DNA of 64,000 nt, from assembly GCF_018977255.1 (NCBI RefSeq), contig NW_024704742.1, positions 30,878,001 to 30,942,000 on the forward strand, read 5' to 3'. The notes beneath the pieces were generated by a model, which saw only the letters and a program-made list of their open reading frames with translations, had not been told where the DNA came from and did no database searches. Each line of letters starts with the position of its first letter. The first letter of the stretch is position 1. Made by a program: the position numbers and the translations under genes. Below, piece by piece: positions 50,121 through 62,147 of the stretch. This stretch comes from Callorhinchus milii (taxonomy: Eukaryota).

Positions 50121-52566
50121 CAGCAGCCTGGGGGGAGGTTTCAAGGTCTTCACCCTCACCTATAATTCATGCCATGCCCAAGCACCTCCTTATTTCTGTG
50201 ATCTTCTACCCCACTCCTCTGCTTACCTCCACTGCTTGGAAAACTCGGGCTTATTGCACAACTGTGTCCAAACCTTAGAGTCTATGTCCCTAACATGTGG
50301 AATTCCCTGTCTCTGCAACTCTCTGTCTCTGAAACCCTCTGTCTCACCACCAGCTTTCTGTCTTCAGATCCCACCATAAAGCCTACCTTTTTAAATGGGC
50401 CTTCCTCCTTCCCCCTCTCGACATTCCCTTGTCCTACCCCATCCTTGCAAAATGCTCCGAGATGTTCGCCGACATGAAGGGTGCTGTCAAAAATCCAAGT
50501 TCTTGTAGATGAATCTGTTTCGCAAGTAAACAAATTCAATTCGGCATTGCCCTAAACGATTACACAAATGACATTGCAACATCACACAACTTTGCAAGGC
50601 TTCCAGACCCCAGTTGGAATTGCATTTTAAACATTTCACATCCAATTCTAATTAAAGACGCAAACGTGGCCATTGTAGCAACAGCCAAATGTTCTTCTCT
50701 TAAAACATACATTTGGATAAAGCTGAATGGCTTGCAGCCAGAGCTGTGTGTGAGTTTGGCAGGCAAAGGTTTGTCACCAACTCCACGACCCAAATGTTAT
50801 CGCTAGGTTCAGTCAGTCCTTGCCATCATGTTCACTGTGATAAATGGGCACATAGAAATTCCACCTGGTCTGGATTCCCACCGTGTAGCTTTTCAGTGTA
50901 CAGAATTTTGACAGCTGCATAAATGTAGTCTTTAACTTTGTAGCCATTTTTTATTTGCAAGTTCTTTATAAGCACTGCAGAGAACCGACTTCAAAAATTT
51001 AAGCCAGAATTGAGTAATTTGCTAACTTCTGGAAACTTGAAAATGCTACGAATATAGAGTAAACCTGGCCCAGGGTGGAGTTTCTCAGAGTTCTACTGTA
51101 GTATTCCCACTGAACAGTTGTAACGCCACTTCCCATTCTTGATTGTGACACTTAGGTTCCACATCCAGTATCGGTGTTAGTGTTGGAAGTGAACACGCTG
51201 CCATGCTTTGGTCCAAGGATCTCTTTTCATCTGCCCAATGCAACAAGAGCATTTTGTTTAGTGAAGCACACAATAAATGAGTAAAATGAATATCAACAAT
51301 GTAAAGTTGTATATTTTGTCAAACTTTGCTGGATTACCCTTTTACACAAATAAAACAGCGAATAGGAGTACATTCCTAAACTTAGTAACCACACTTGAGC
51401 CGGTTCCAGCAATACAAAACCTTAAACTGAGGTCTTGTCTTAATGTTCTGTAGATTATCATTAATAATAATAATCATCCTTGCATTTGATGTAGCACCTT
51501 ATGTTGTCAAAACATCTCAAAGCTCCTCACACGATTTACTGTGAAGTGCAGTGCATGTGTATTTTGTAGGTAAATGCGGCAGCCAATTTGAACACCCCAA
51601 TTGCAATAACAAATTGCATTTGTATAGCGCCTTTCACGTTGGGAGGACGTCCCAAGACGCTGGACAGACAGGGATTTGTACCCGAGCTGCAGGTTGGGAT
51701 CAGGAGGATAAAGAGTGTAGGGATAGGAGGAACGATCAGAGGCAATTCACTGCAATGTCCCAGACAAACAAACACACAACCATGAAGTGAATGATCAGTG
51801 TTGATGCTGTAAATCGCAAGGCATTATTTCAGTAAAACACAGGGAGTTCTCCTTCCTCATCCAAATTCAAGATTGTCTTTAATGAAATTTGGACATTCAT
51901 CTTTGATTTTGCACAGCTGCGGGCAACGATTAGCTGCCACATTTGCTCCATAAACAACTTCAAAAGCAGCCAAGTGCACAAAGCGCTTTTAAATATTTTG
52001 ACTTAGTAAAGATTTCATATCAAATGGAAATATTTGACTCAAAAACAACTGAAATGTTTCTCACGCTCCTGTCCTTCTCTGCAAAATGGGCTTTCTAAAA
52101 CCTCTGTGGGAAAGGATGTTGGTATCTTATATCGATTATAGTCCTTTCATTTGATGTGGCATCTTATCACATCAATGTATCAAATCAGTTCACAGGTAAA
52201 TGTAATAAAATAATAATCCTTTGAACTCGATATAATCCCTTATCATCTCAAAATGTCTCAAAGTGCTTCAGAGTGTTTGTGTAAAGTGTGATGACTGATT
52301 ATTTGTTGGTGAATGCGGCAGTCAGTGTGGGCACAGAAATTCCCACAAACAGCCATTGAGTGAGTGACCATTTTTTCTTTATCCGGGGGACTGTTAGCTA
52401 GGACACCAGGAGAAACTTCCTTCTCTTTTTAAATATCGCCATGGGATCTTTAATATCCAACTCAAAAAACAGATAGGATCTTGATTTAACATCTCATCTA
52501 AGAGATGGCACATTTAAACAATGCAGAAGCCACACCCCAGCTAACACTCCACCTGTGGGGCTTGAA

Positions 52567-53125
52567 TATCCAGGGTCAAATATGCCAACTCCCTACTTGT
52601 CGGCCTTCCCAAATCTTCCCTTAATCTAATTGCAGATTATCCAGTACTCTGCATCTCGTGACCTTTCCTGCACCAGGCTCTGTGACCTTACCACCCCCAC
52701 TCTCGCCCGGTTCCACTGCCTCCCCATCCCTTAGAGGATACAGTTCAAAATCTTCATCCTCGCCTTCAAGGCACTCCACGGCCTTGTTCCTTCCTATCTC
52801 TGTGAACTGCTAACCAAATATCAACCTGTCTACTCCCTGTGCTCAGCAAGCTCCAGCCTGCTCCACGATCCCCCGCCCGGCCCACCCCACCATCGGTGGT
52901 TGGACCTTCAGCCTCTCTGCCCCCACCCTTTGGTTCCTTTGCCTCACTCCCTCCCTTGCCTCTTTCAAGGCATGTCTCAAGACCCTCCAAGTCAACCTTG
53001 CCTTCCCTGCCCTCCACTGTCCCTAATCCCAACCACCCTGTTCGGGTCCAAATCCCTGACTGTCCAGCACTTTGGGATGTCTTCCCGCTGTAAAAGCTGC
53101 TATACAAATGTCATCTTGTGTTGTA
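52567..53125 (+). mobile_element. L2 LINE 3' fragment nested in a minus-strand Deu-type SINE
   Basis: gcagattatccagtactctgca (QIIQNSA-like), a C-rich 3'UTR and the tail ctttgggatgtcttcccgctgtaaaagctgctatacaaatg. TTGAA is duplicated at 52562-52566 and 53126-53130. Host SINE occupies ~52200-52561 and 53131-53185. Confidence 0.85.
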
Positions 53126-54972
53126 TTGAACCCACAACCTTCTGACTCGGAGGCGAAAGTGCTACAACTGGGCCAGACAGACACCTTAACCGTACATAAG
53201 AAGGAAAATCTAAAATCCCTGGTTACATTTAGACCCTTGAAATCCTAATTTGAGTTTGGAACACAGGAGGTTATGTGAATGCTTACAGCAGCACTGGCTG
53301 TGGTTGTACTATTTATTCAATTAGGTTTTTGCATGAAATGTTTAAAATATAATTCCAACTGAGCTCTGAAAATCTTGTTATTTATTGAGTGATGTATTGC
53401 AATGCAGATTGAATCATTTTGGGCAGGGCCTAATTGAATTTGACATTACGACTTTGTCAGTGAAGCTGAAGTGAAAACAAAATAATTTCCCTCTCAAGCA
53501 CAAAGTACCAATTTGTGTAGGTGGTGCTTAAAAAAGTGAGGGATTTTCCCACACTAAGCATGAGTCAGCAGGCACAATGACTGTTTCGTATTCCTAATGT
53601 CCTGGCATTATGATCCCTCTGTCAGTGTATGATTCAGATACGCCTGATTTAGTCATTCTTGTGGTATTCTTTCCTGCGCAAGAGAGCTGCAGACAAAATC
53701 ACTAATCTTAGTGACCCTGAGTAGATTATTATATTCTCAAAGACAGAAAGGAGTCCCAGAGAAATTGCGTGCCTGCGCCAGAAGAATCTGTGTTATTTCT
53801 TTTACAGTTGCAGCTTTTTAAAAGAAAATATTGAATCCATTTTCCTGTGGTTTGCACCCACCTCCTCTTTCCTTCTTGAATGCCACAGACGCATCCCCAC
53901 CCCCATCAACATTATAACCGAGAGGACTTCACACCCAACCCCCTAAACGTTGTCATCCAGGGGTTCTCATACTCACCCCCTTCCACGACCCTGTCACCCC
54001 CATCCTCACTCAACTCTATAGAGATACATTTAAGAGGGAGCTAGATATACACATGAGGAGAAGGGAATACAAAGGGTATTGGAGGGAGTAAGAAGTGGTT
54101 GAAGACTTAAACAACGGCACAGAGTAGTTAGGCAAGATGGCCCGTTTCCAAATTGTACAGTCTATGTAAATCTATCCATCCTATCCTCAGTGGGTGGGCT
54201 TTTAGCCATTCTGTCCTCACTCTTTGGAACTCCATCCTGGAGTTCCTCTAACTTGTTCCCTCCCTAACAAATGGAACATTTGCCACCTGTGATACGTGCA
54301 AATTGGCCGCCACATTCACCTACAAAAATACACAGTCACTACACTTCATAATACAACCTGCAAAGTGAGTTAAGATGTGTTGACTACCTGAAAAGGCGCT
54401 ATATCAAATTCAAGGGTTATGATAACAAATGCAAGAATTATTACAACGAGATTCAAACTGTGGTTTCATATATTGATTTGAAATTGGGGTTGACGATGAC
54501 AAATTCTGGCATGGCAATTTACCCACAGACATTTAAGGGCCATTTGGCTTTTAAAAATGTGACTTGTGGTTTGACCCTGTGCACGGACACAGATGTGCAT
54601 GTTCAAATCTCTGCTCAAGCTCATTGACCACTGTCAGTTCAGAGGGGAAATTATACTTATTTGGGGTTAACCGGGTATCTGGCATGTATGGAAACTCATT
54701 GCCATGCTTGAAAATATCCAAACCAGAGTTCAAGAGTTCCCAGAAATACAATCATAATTTGCATTTTCCCTTCCTGTTCATTCTAATCCCAGAAGTGGGA
54801 GATAATTGCTGGCAGAATTATAGAAATGCAAGTTGTTGTTGTTAATTGCTTGCAGGATTTTAAAGCTTAAGCAAAATTCACATTGTAAAAATGTCTGTTT
54901 TATGATTTTTGTTATTGGTACAGTTGATAACCATAATTATTTTTTCCGCCTCTTTCTCCCCCTTTTCCCCAG

Positions 54973-55195
54973 ATGCTGTAAAACCAACGCATCTGTCTGG
55001 CCATGCTGCTACTGAGGTACCTCTTTCTGTCAGTACAATGCAGCCTTCTGTACGTGCAGCGGTTTCCATGGGCTCAATACCTCCCCCCTATCAGCCGATC
55101 AGCGTGCGGCACATGGAGTCCCAATCCAGTCAAGAAGAGCCACAGGATTACCTGCTGCTAGCCAACTGTGAAAGCAAAAGACCTGAACCTGCCAG
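54973..55195 (+). CDS. GAB1: GAB1 coding exon 3, 223 nt, phase 1 to phase 2
   Basis: Long polypyrimidine tract then AG (54971-54972); donor GTgaga at 55196. Phase continues exon 2 (G|AT = Asp). Peptide DAVKP...IPPPYQPISV...QEEPQDYLLLANCESKRPEPAR resembles mammalian GAB1 DPVKP...LPPPYQ...[21 protein letters not shown] (recalled). Confidence 0.93.
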
Positions 55196-56604
55196 GTGAG
55201 AGGAGCGCTTGAAGAGAAATGCGGTGGTGCTGTTCGGGATGTGCGTGTGTATGTACAATGCAATGTCTGAAGTACACTTTAATTCAAAATTCTTCGTGTC
55301 TCGACAGCCTGCATCACAGTCTTCATATGAATTGAAGAAGGGTAAATGTTTTTTTCCCCCCCAATGGTAAAGAGTGTCATGATTTGTAGGGGAAGAGGAA
55401 TCTGGAGTTTAAAATGAAGTACAGGATGTTCACAAAGTCCTGTTACCCCACTCCCCCATGTTTTTTTTACACGAACAATTGAAACATGTGGAAGAATGAT
55501 GATAATTGTATTTGGAAGACCTTAATTGTATTCAGTACAAATGTTTAACTGTAGTTAGACGTCGAAAGGATTGCTGTGAACCCCATCATTTTCATGGCAG
55601 ATAATGATCCGTTGCCATGTTCAGTGCGACATCTTCGGTAACATGGATGGAGTGACGGGGAAGTTACTGGTATCAGACATTGTTACACTTGACTCACTCC
55701 AACAGCAAATCAAAAATCATTGGAAGAACAAAAACAGGGTGGGGTTGGGAGGGCGTAACAGGACTTTGTGAGCACCCTGTAGATTTGATTTGAGGTGGAT
55801 GGACAGTGGTGGGGGAGGGGGAGGGCACGGAATGGAAGAGGGGAGTCAGGTTGAGGTGGAAGTGGTGGCTGCAGCTGGAGATGCAAAGGGAATGGTGACG
55901 TAGGTGTGATGATGAGGTGAGTTCATCACTGAAACATGAGCTGTCACATTACAAATGGAATGTGGATCACTAAGTGATTTTTTATTTATAAACATTAATA
56001 TAAGTATGATATTACTGTAATATTAATGTATTTATTTATCAATAGATACATTTGTTAACAAATACACTTGGCAGTAAATACTATCTAGCACTACTAGGCG
56101 TCCCCCTTACATCGAATGCAAGGGAAAAAATGCAAGGATGTTTATGCAACCTATTAAAATGTCACCAACCTGCCCGCTCCCTCCACTCTGCAAGTATTGA
56201 TCTGCTCCATGTCTCCCACCCCACCCCCCAGCTGGTTCCACTAGCGACAGTCAGGGCTTCAGCCTTTCTGCCCCTACCTTCTGAAACTCCACCCGGAGCC
56301 TCTCCTCCTCGCCCCTCCCTTTGAAAGATTGAATCGTATTGAGCAGAGGAGCTAAATGATCTGCGACCAGCAGTGACGGACAAGGTCGTGTATTAATGTT
56401 TCCTGTGTGTCAATTGGCTTAACTTCATCAGTTTTGAAATTTAGGGGGAATTTTCAAGTGAGTGGATGGCATTTCCTTGGCTAAATTGATTGGAAATTGA
56501 AAGAAGTGGAGCAGGGAGTTTTAACTCTACCACTATCTGGCACTGTTCTATACTTTTGAGTTTTTCTCACTCATTCCTTAACTTGTTCTTTCTCAACGTT
56601 ACTT

Positions 56605-57210
56605 GGAACCCAGTTGTTAGTCGATTCGTGGATCGCTTTCGGGAGGGTAATAATCCCTCAAAAAAAAGTGGTCACTCAATCCGTGACTATGAGTGGACAC
56701 TACTGTGCGGAATTGGCTGCCGTGTTTTGCCCACAGAATACACAGTCATTCTACTTTACAGTATATTCTGTGAAGCGTTTTGAGACACCTCAAGGACATG
56801 TTAAGGTGATAATCCTTGAATTTGATATAGCGCTTTATGATGCTATTAATTATTATACATCAAGTAACATCAAACCCACTTTCAAATGTTAATAATATAA
56901 TAATGATAATCCTTGCTGTTAATACAGTGCTTTATCACATTGTTGAGGTGTCTCTACGCTTCACAAAATATATTATGAAGCAGATTGACTGTATAATTTG
57001 TGGATGAAACGCAGCAGCCAATTGAACACAGCAGTGTGCCACAAACAGTCATGGATTGAGCGATCAACTTTTTTTTTGCGGAGGGAAAGCAATCTGCCAA
57101 TCATCTAACAACCAGGTTCCTCCTTACTGCTAGGTAAACAGAGGCATGAGGAGTGAGGAAACTTGATTAAGGTTTCGCCCGGCCCAAGAATCGAACCCAG
57201 GTCCTTTCGC
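56605..57210. mobile_element. Tail-to-tail family-B SINE pair (+ ~56605-56808; - ~56891-57210)
   Basis: Both carry the shared SINE body and the family-B block, in opposite orientations. Other partial SINE copies at ~700-820(-), 1805-2000(-), 10250-10425(+), 13490-13830(-), 18967-19160(-), 26380-26508(+) and 58975-59240(+). Confidence 0.85.
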
Positions 57211-57809
57211 TGTTTGTTCAGAAAGTTTCTTACTATCTCATGGCACATTCTACATGAATCCATCAGCCTTTGATCTATCTTCTTTCACGCACACACACTC
57301 CTTTTGGTGATATGGAATTCTCAGCTAACTCTAAAACGGCCAGGTTTCAAACCTTGCATCTACATGGAGCATTTGGGGTCCTTTGACCTAAAAGCTGCAG
57401 CAGATTTCTGCACTGTGTGAATCTTCAGATGCGCATTTTAAAAATTATGATAGTAGAAACAATTCATTCAGAGAAATGTTTTGGTATTTCAGTTCTGCGT
57501 TGAATTATTCACTGTAAGATCCTGAAATCTTCAAGCTCTGTCGGGACAAAGCTACTTTGGCATGTGAATGTCTAAAATGTAAATGCAGTGTGTGAATATG
57601 CTGTGTGACCTGGCAATAGGTTATTTCTGGCCAGTTGAAGATTCATGGTGCTCCATAAATACACCAGCAACTGTTTGAAGTATTTGTGTGTGAGCACCTC
57701 TCTAATGTTTATCGATGATCCTTAAAAAGCCCTAGGACAAAATTGTGGACGTCAGATGGACTAAGTGAATATGTAACATATACATCTCAAGTTTTTTGTA
57801 AATAAACAC

Positions 57810-58097
57810 GTGGCAAGCTGGTCAGCTGGCAAGTGTGCTTTAGCTGGTCAGACTCCAGCTGTACCCCAACGCAAACTCTGGGGTCCCCAAGCCTTGGCTT
57901 ATGCCAACCTGTACCTAATACTGTCTGGAATTGTGTAAGCAGGATGCACCCTCCAGAGAGAGTGCACATTCCAACAATCTATCTCTGGAATTTCCATGTG
58001 TAGGTGGGATGGTGGGATGTATGGATTCTCAGTTTGGTTTGGATATTCTTAAGCATGGGTTTCCGCATGTGTCAAACACCCAGCTGACTGAACAAAG
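57810..58097 (+). repeat. Longest copy of an unclassified ~300-bp dispersed repeat
   Basis: Shared blocks ggcaagct..ttagctggt.a.actcc, ctctggggtccccaagccttggct..tgccaacc, aatttccatgtgtag and ggatattcttaagca recur at ~21531, ~34275, ~41985 and ~44795 (+), and at ~12500, ~32840 and ~62360 (-). Confidence 0.75.
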
Positions 58098-59764
58098 TGT
58101 AGTATAACATTCCCAAAATGTTCATAAAAGTATATTTAATCTAGTGATCCCCCCCCCAATGAAGCTGTCAAACTTGTTTACTGAATGTAATGCAAGATTG
58201 TAAGTTTGTGGTAAGCTGTATAAAATAAACATCCCTTGAATCTACTATATTTAAAACCACTTGTAAATATTAAGTCTTTACAACATACACTCACTGCTAA
58301 AAATAGCAATCTTTTTAGACATGGGGGGAAATGGGTGCTATTTTTAACTCACCACCATAAGGTTATTTGTATTAATAAATATATCCCAGAATTTAGAGAC
58401 TTTTTTTCCTCACTACATATTTTGGAGCTGCACTCACTTCTTTGCTCTTTGTAAGGCAACAGTGTGGTGAATCGATCACTTTTCCAGTTTATCCTACCCA
58501 CTAACAACATTCAAAATACCAATTTATCCTCTGAATCAGTGGCCAGGGTCATTGGTTTTAAAGTCAGGTCCACAATAATGCCTACAAGTTTGCCCGGTCA
58601 GGCCTGTTTGGCTGTGTTATTAGATAATGGGAGCTTCTCCTGCACTGCCCCACATGGGGCCCCAAATTCCACCTAGTGTCATCCTGTTGTGAAAAGGTTG
58701 TGTCGTGCACAACTGTGGAACATTCTCAAATTCAGTCCCAATTCAGAACCCAGTTTGTTGGAAATGTGAAAAAATCGAAGCTGAATTTAAGAATTTTCCA
58801 CAATAATGCACGATCTTAAATTTTAAGGCAAAATGTTCACAAAGGCTAAGACTCTGTAGAATTTTGATTTCCAAAGTATTTTCTCTCCACCCCACTTCCC
58901 CCACCTAACACTTCCTGCACCAGACATACGGTACCTCTGAGAGAGATTGCAAGTAGGAGTAAGTAACTAACAGTACGTAGGAACCGGGTTGTTAGTTGAT
59001 TGGCGGATCACTTTTCCGGGGTAATAATTCCTTCAAAAAAATATATATTTTTTAAAAAAATAATAATAATTTGGTCACTCAATTCATGACTGTTTGTGGG
59101 ACACTGTTGGGCATAATTGGCAGCCACATTTCACCCACAAAATATACCGTCAATTCACCTTACCATATATCTTGTGCAGCTCTTTGAGGCATCTCAAAGA
59201 CATGATAAGGGGCTATATCAAATGCAAAGATTATTATTATTGCTGTATTTTATAGAATGCATTCAGGTACAGTATCCTTCAGAATTGAATGACTTTATTT
59301 TAGTGACTTTATTTTAGATGAAAAGCTTCTACAGCTCTCTCAGATAGGTGATGCTTGTGAATTGTAGATCATTTACACTAGGGGAAAACAGTAGTAAAAT
59401 AATCCACAAGGCGGTGGCCAATGTTCAGTCAGGTTTTACGATTGATGGTTTATGTTGGATATTAACTTCGAGCAATTAAAATGCTGAAATTACCCATATT
59501 TATTGTCACTTAACATGTTTGATTTTCTTATTGGATCATAGGTTGGGATTTCCTGGCAATTTTAACGTGTACAGAATTAAAGGTTACAGATTAATTCAAT
59601 TTAGTACCACACCACTTTATGGTAGCTGCATTTCAGTGACAGATGGCAGTCTTGCAATTGTACGCTTCTTTTGTTTAAATGAGCTCTTTATTATGTTTGG
59701 CTGTTTAATTAGATATTGCCTTTGTTGTCTTGTCATCTTCCCATTTCCTCTGTTTACGAACTAG

Positions 59765-59851
59765 CCGAACGTCATCTTTTGCTACAGAAGAGGGGGACGA
59801 GTATCTTCTGCTGGAAGATTTTGAAAGCAAAAAGCAACCGTTTCACAACCA
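59765..59851 (+). CDS. GAB1: Putative GAB1 alternative cassette exon between exons 3 and 4 (87 nt, phase 2-2), (S)RTSSFATEEGDEYLLLEDFESKKQPFHN(Q)
   Basis: Pyrimidine tract (tcttcccatttcctctgttt) and ctAG at 59763-59764; donor GTgagt at 59852. Length is 29 codons, with no stop in the frame set by exon 3. A striated-muscle GAB1 isoform with an extra short exon at this position is known in mammals (recalled). Confidence 0.8.
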
Positions 59852-60444
59852 GTGAGTTTTGTAAGCTGCATACGAGTCTATGATGAAAGCGTAGGCTGGT
59901 GTGCAGTTCAGAGTGTTCAGGATTGGTTTTTTGTGACAGAAAATGAATGATTCGGCAATTCCACTCTGCAAATTATGCCACATTCACTGCTTGAAAAGTC
60001 TTGCTGTTGATATTAACAGGCTCCTACTAACACTTCACATGCACCGTGTTGATGCTTTGAATCTGTACGAGGTGAGATGTTGGCAGGGGCTCGAGCTTGG
60101 TGATTACTTGGTGGAGGTTGCATGGTGCATTTGATTTGTTAATCATAAACTGGCCACTGTAGCCCACTTCTCACACACTCTCCCTAACCTCATTGAAAGA
60201 CTTAATTGTGCAGAGACTTGCTCTTGAACGGCCTTACGCGAAGTAATTTGAAGGCAGAATGATTTTCGAAGTGTACTTACACACTCCCGCACAGTTAAAC
60301 ACACGTCAGGGTAAGTTGTTACAGTGGCCTTATGTTTGAGCGTTCGCGTGAAAATGCTTTATGAATCCTTAATAAAATGAAGAGGAATGACAATGAGGTA
60401 AACTCTGCAGATTTTCAGAGGCTGGCAAGCGAAGGGTGACATTT

Positions 60445-60680
60445 GGGAACATAGGAACAGAAGTAGGCTATTCAGCCCCCTGAGCCTGTTCCACCATTCT
60501 ATTAGATCATGGTTGATCTGTACCTCAACTCCATTTACCCACATTTGCCCATATCCCTAGAAACCCTTACGTAAGAAAAATCTATCGACCACTGTCTTGA
60601 AAATTTGAATTGATCCAGTATCCTCAGCATTTGGGAAAGCGAGTTCCAGATTTCTACTACTCTTTGTGTGGAAAATCTTG
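60445..60680 (-). mobile_element. CR1 3' fragment
   Basis: gaacataggaacagaagtaggctattcagccccctgagcctgttccaccattc...gagttccagatttctactactctttgtgtg. Similar minus-strand CR1 ends lie at ~14400-14580, ~35160-35580 and ~43860-44030; plus-strand ones at ~21640-21755 and ~54020-54175. Confidence 0.85.
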
Positions 60681-60959
60681 ACCTTGGCTCCAGACACCTT
60701 CATCCTTTCCCACTGCAACTCCAAAGAAAACAACAAACACAAGGATGTAGGAGAAGAAGATATAGCTGTAAAGGTAACCTTTCCAGTGGCCTTTTGCTGC
60801 CCCCACCCCCCCCACCCTGTAAAGGAAGTGATGAGAGAAAAATTACAATTACATGTCTGCCACCTTTTGATGGCAGGAAATGGTATTAGAGAGTGTTTTC
60901 ACTAACATTAAATAGCTAGCTAAGTTCCAGCTTGCAGTTTATGGTGGAAGGCAGAATTA

Positions 60960-61770
60960 TCATTCCTCAGGGCTCTATTCTCAATCCTCTCCTCTTCACC
61001 ATCTACATGCTCCCCCTTGGTGACATCATTGGTAACAGCATGGGAGTCCACTTCCACATGTATGTGGATGACACCCAACTCTATCTCTGTGCCTCAACCT
61101 TCGATTCCAGGACCACTGCTGCTCAAGTCCTAAATTTCTTCAGCTAAATGTCAACAAGACTGAAGCTGTCCTGCTTGGCTCCCACTAGCATCTTTTCACC
61201 TCAGACGCTGACGACATCAACCTGCATGTTCCTCTCTACACAAAGTGCAGGTTAGCCAGATCTCTGCAGCTCACATCCTCTCCTGCACCTGGATCCGTGA
61301 TCCTATCGTCAGTTAGCTCCATTGGCTCTCCATCCCCCAGAAGATCAAATTCAAGATCATGGTCTTTGTGTTAAAATCCCTTCAGACCCTCGCCCCATTC
61401 TATCTATTGTGATCTGAAACTCGACCAATCCAGCCTTCTTCCTGCCCCACCATCCGACCCACCAATAACAGCCAATGACAACAAACAACAAATCACATTT
61501 GTAAAGCGCCTTTCACATCAGGAGCACGTCCCAAGGCGCTGCCTTAACAGACGAACCTTGAGCCATTCTGCCCTCACTCTCTGAAACTCCATCCTGGGAT
61601 CCTCCCTCTCCATCTACCTCCCCATTACATTTCTTCAACCACTCTTTCAGCCACCTTTTCCACCTCCCCCACACACCCCCCCCACCTTGGATGTCCAATC
61701 AGCTGTGGGAAGTTCATGCAGAAAGTCCTCCCAACATGAAAGATGATATATAACTGTAAATTGTTGTTTG
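60960..61770 (+). mobile_element. Decayed L2-clade LINE: RT core fragment through 3' tail
   Basis: [22 protein letters not shown]...[12 protein letters not shown] (YADD-type RT motif), then LNVNKTE-like and LHWLP..QKIKFK-like segments. Ends in an L2 tail ...gtaaattgttgttt. Confidence 0.88.
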
Positions 61771-62059
61771 TGCTGATATACAGGCTGGATTAAAGGGAGA
61801 TTAAAGGAGCATTCGACCTGAGCTTTTGTTGGATGTGGGATGAGGTGGGGGGAGAGTTTTACTTAAAAATGTTTAAAAATGGGCATCTTAGTCTGATGCT
61901 AGAAACGTCTTGGAAAAACTGCTTGGTGCAGTTCTGATTGATTCAGACTTCAGCTGGTCTGAAGCAAAGGGTGAATGTTTCTAAAAGCAAGAGAGAGGAG
62001 TCACTGAGTCCCGACCAGCGCAAACCCCAGTGAATAAACCCCAGTGAATAACAGTGAAA

Positions 62060-62147
62060 CCTCCCGTACCTCCAGTCACCACCAGGAGTACTCAAGCTGG
62101 GGTCTCCCAGCCTGAGTACTCCTGGTGGTGACTGGAGGTACGGGAGG
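62060..62147. repeat. Near-perfect inverted repeat (42-nt arms, 1 mismatch, 4-nt loop)
   Basis: cctcccgtacctccagtcaccaccaggagtactcaagctggg-gtct-cccagcctgagtactcctggtggtgactggaggtacgggagg. Confidence 0.97.

Noticed and set aside
59788..59851. Alternative acceptor ctacAG at 59786-59787 for the cassette exon
   Set aside because: It gives 64 nt and a frameshift. Only the 59765 start preserves the frame.
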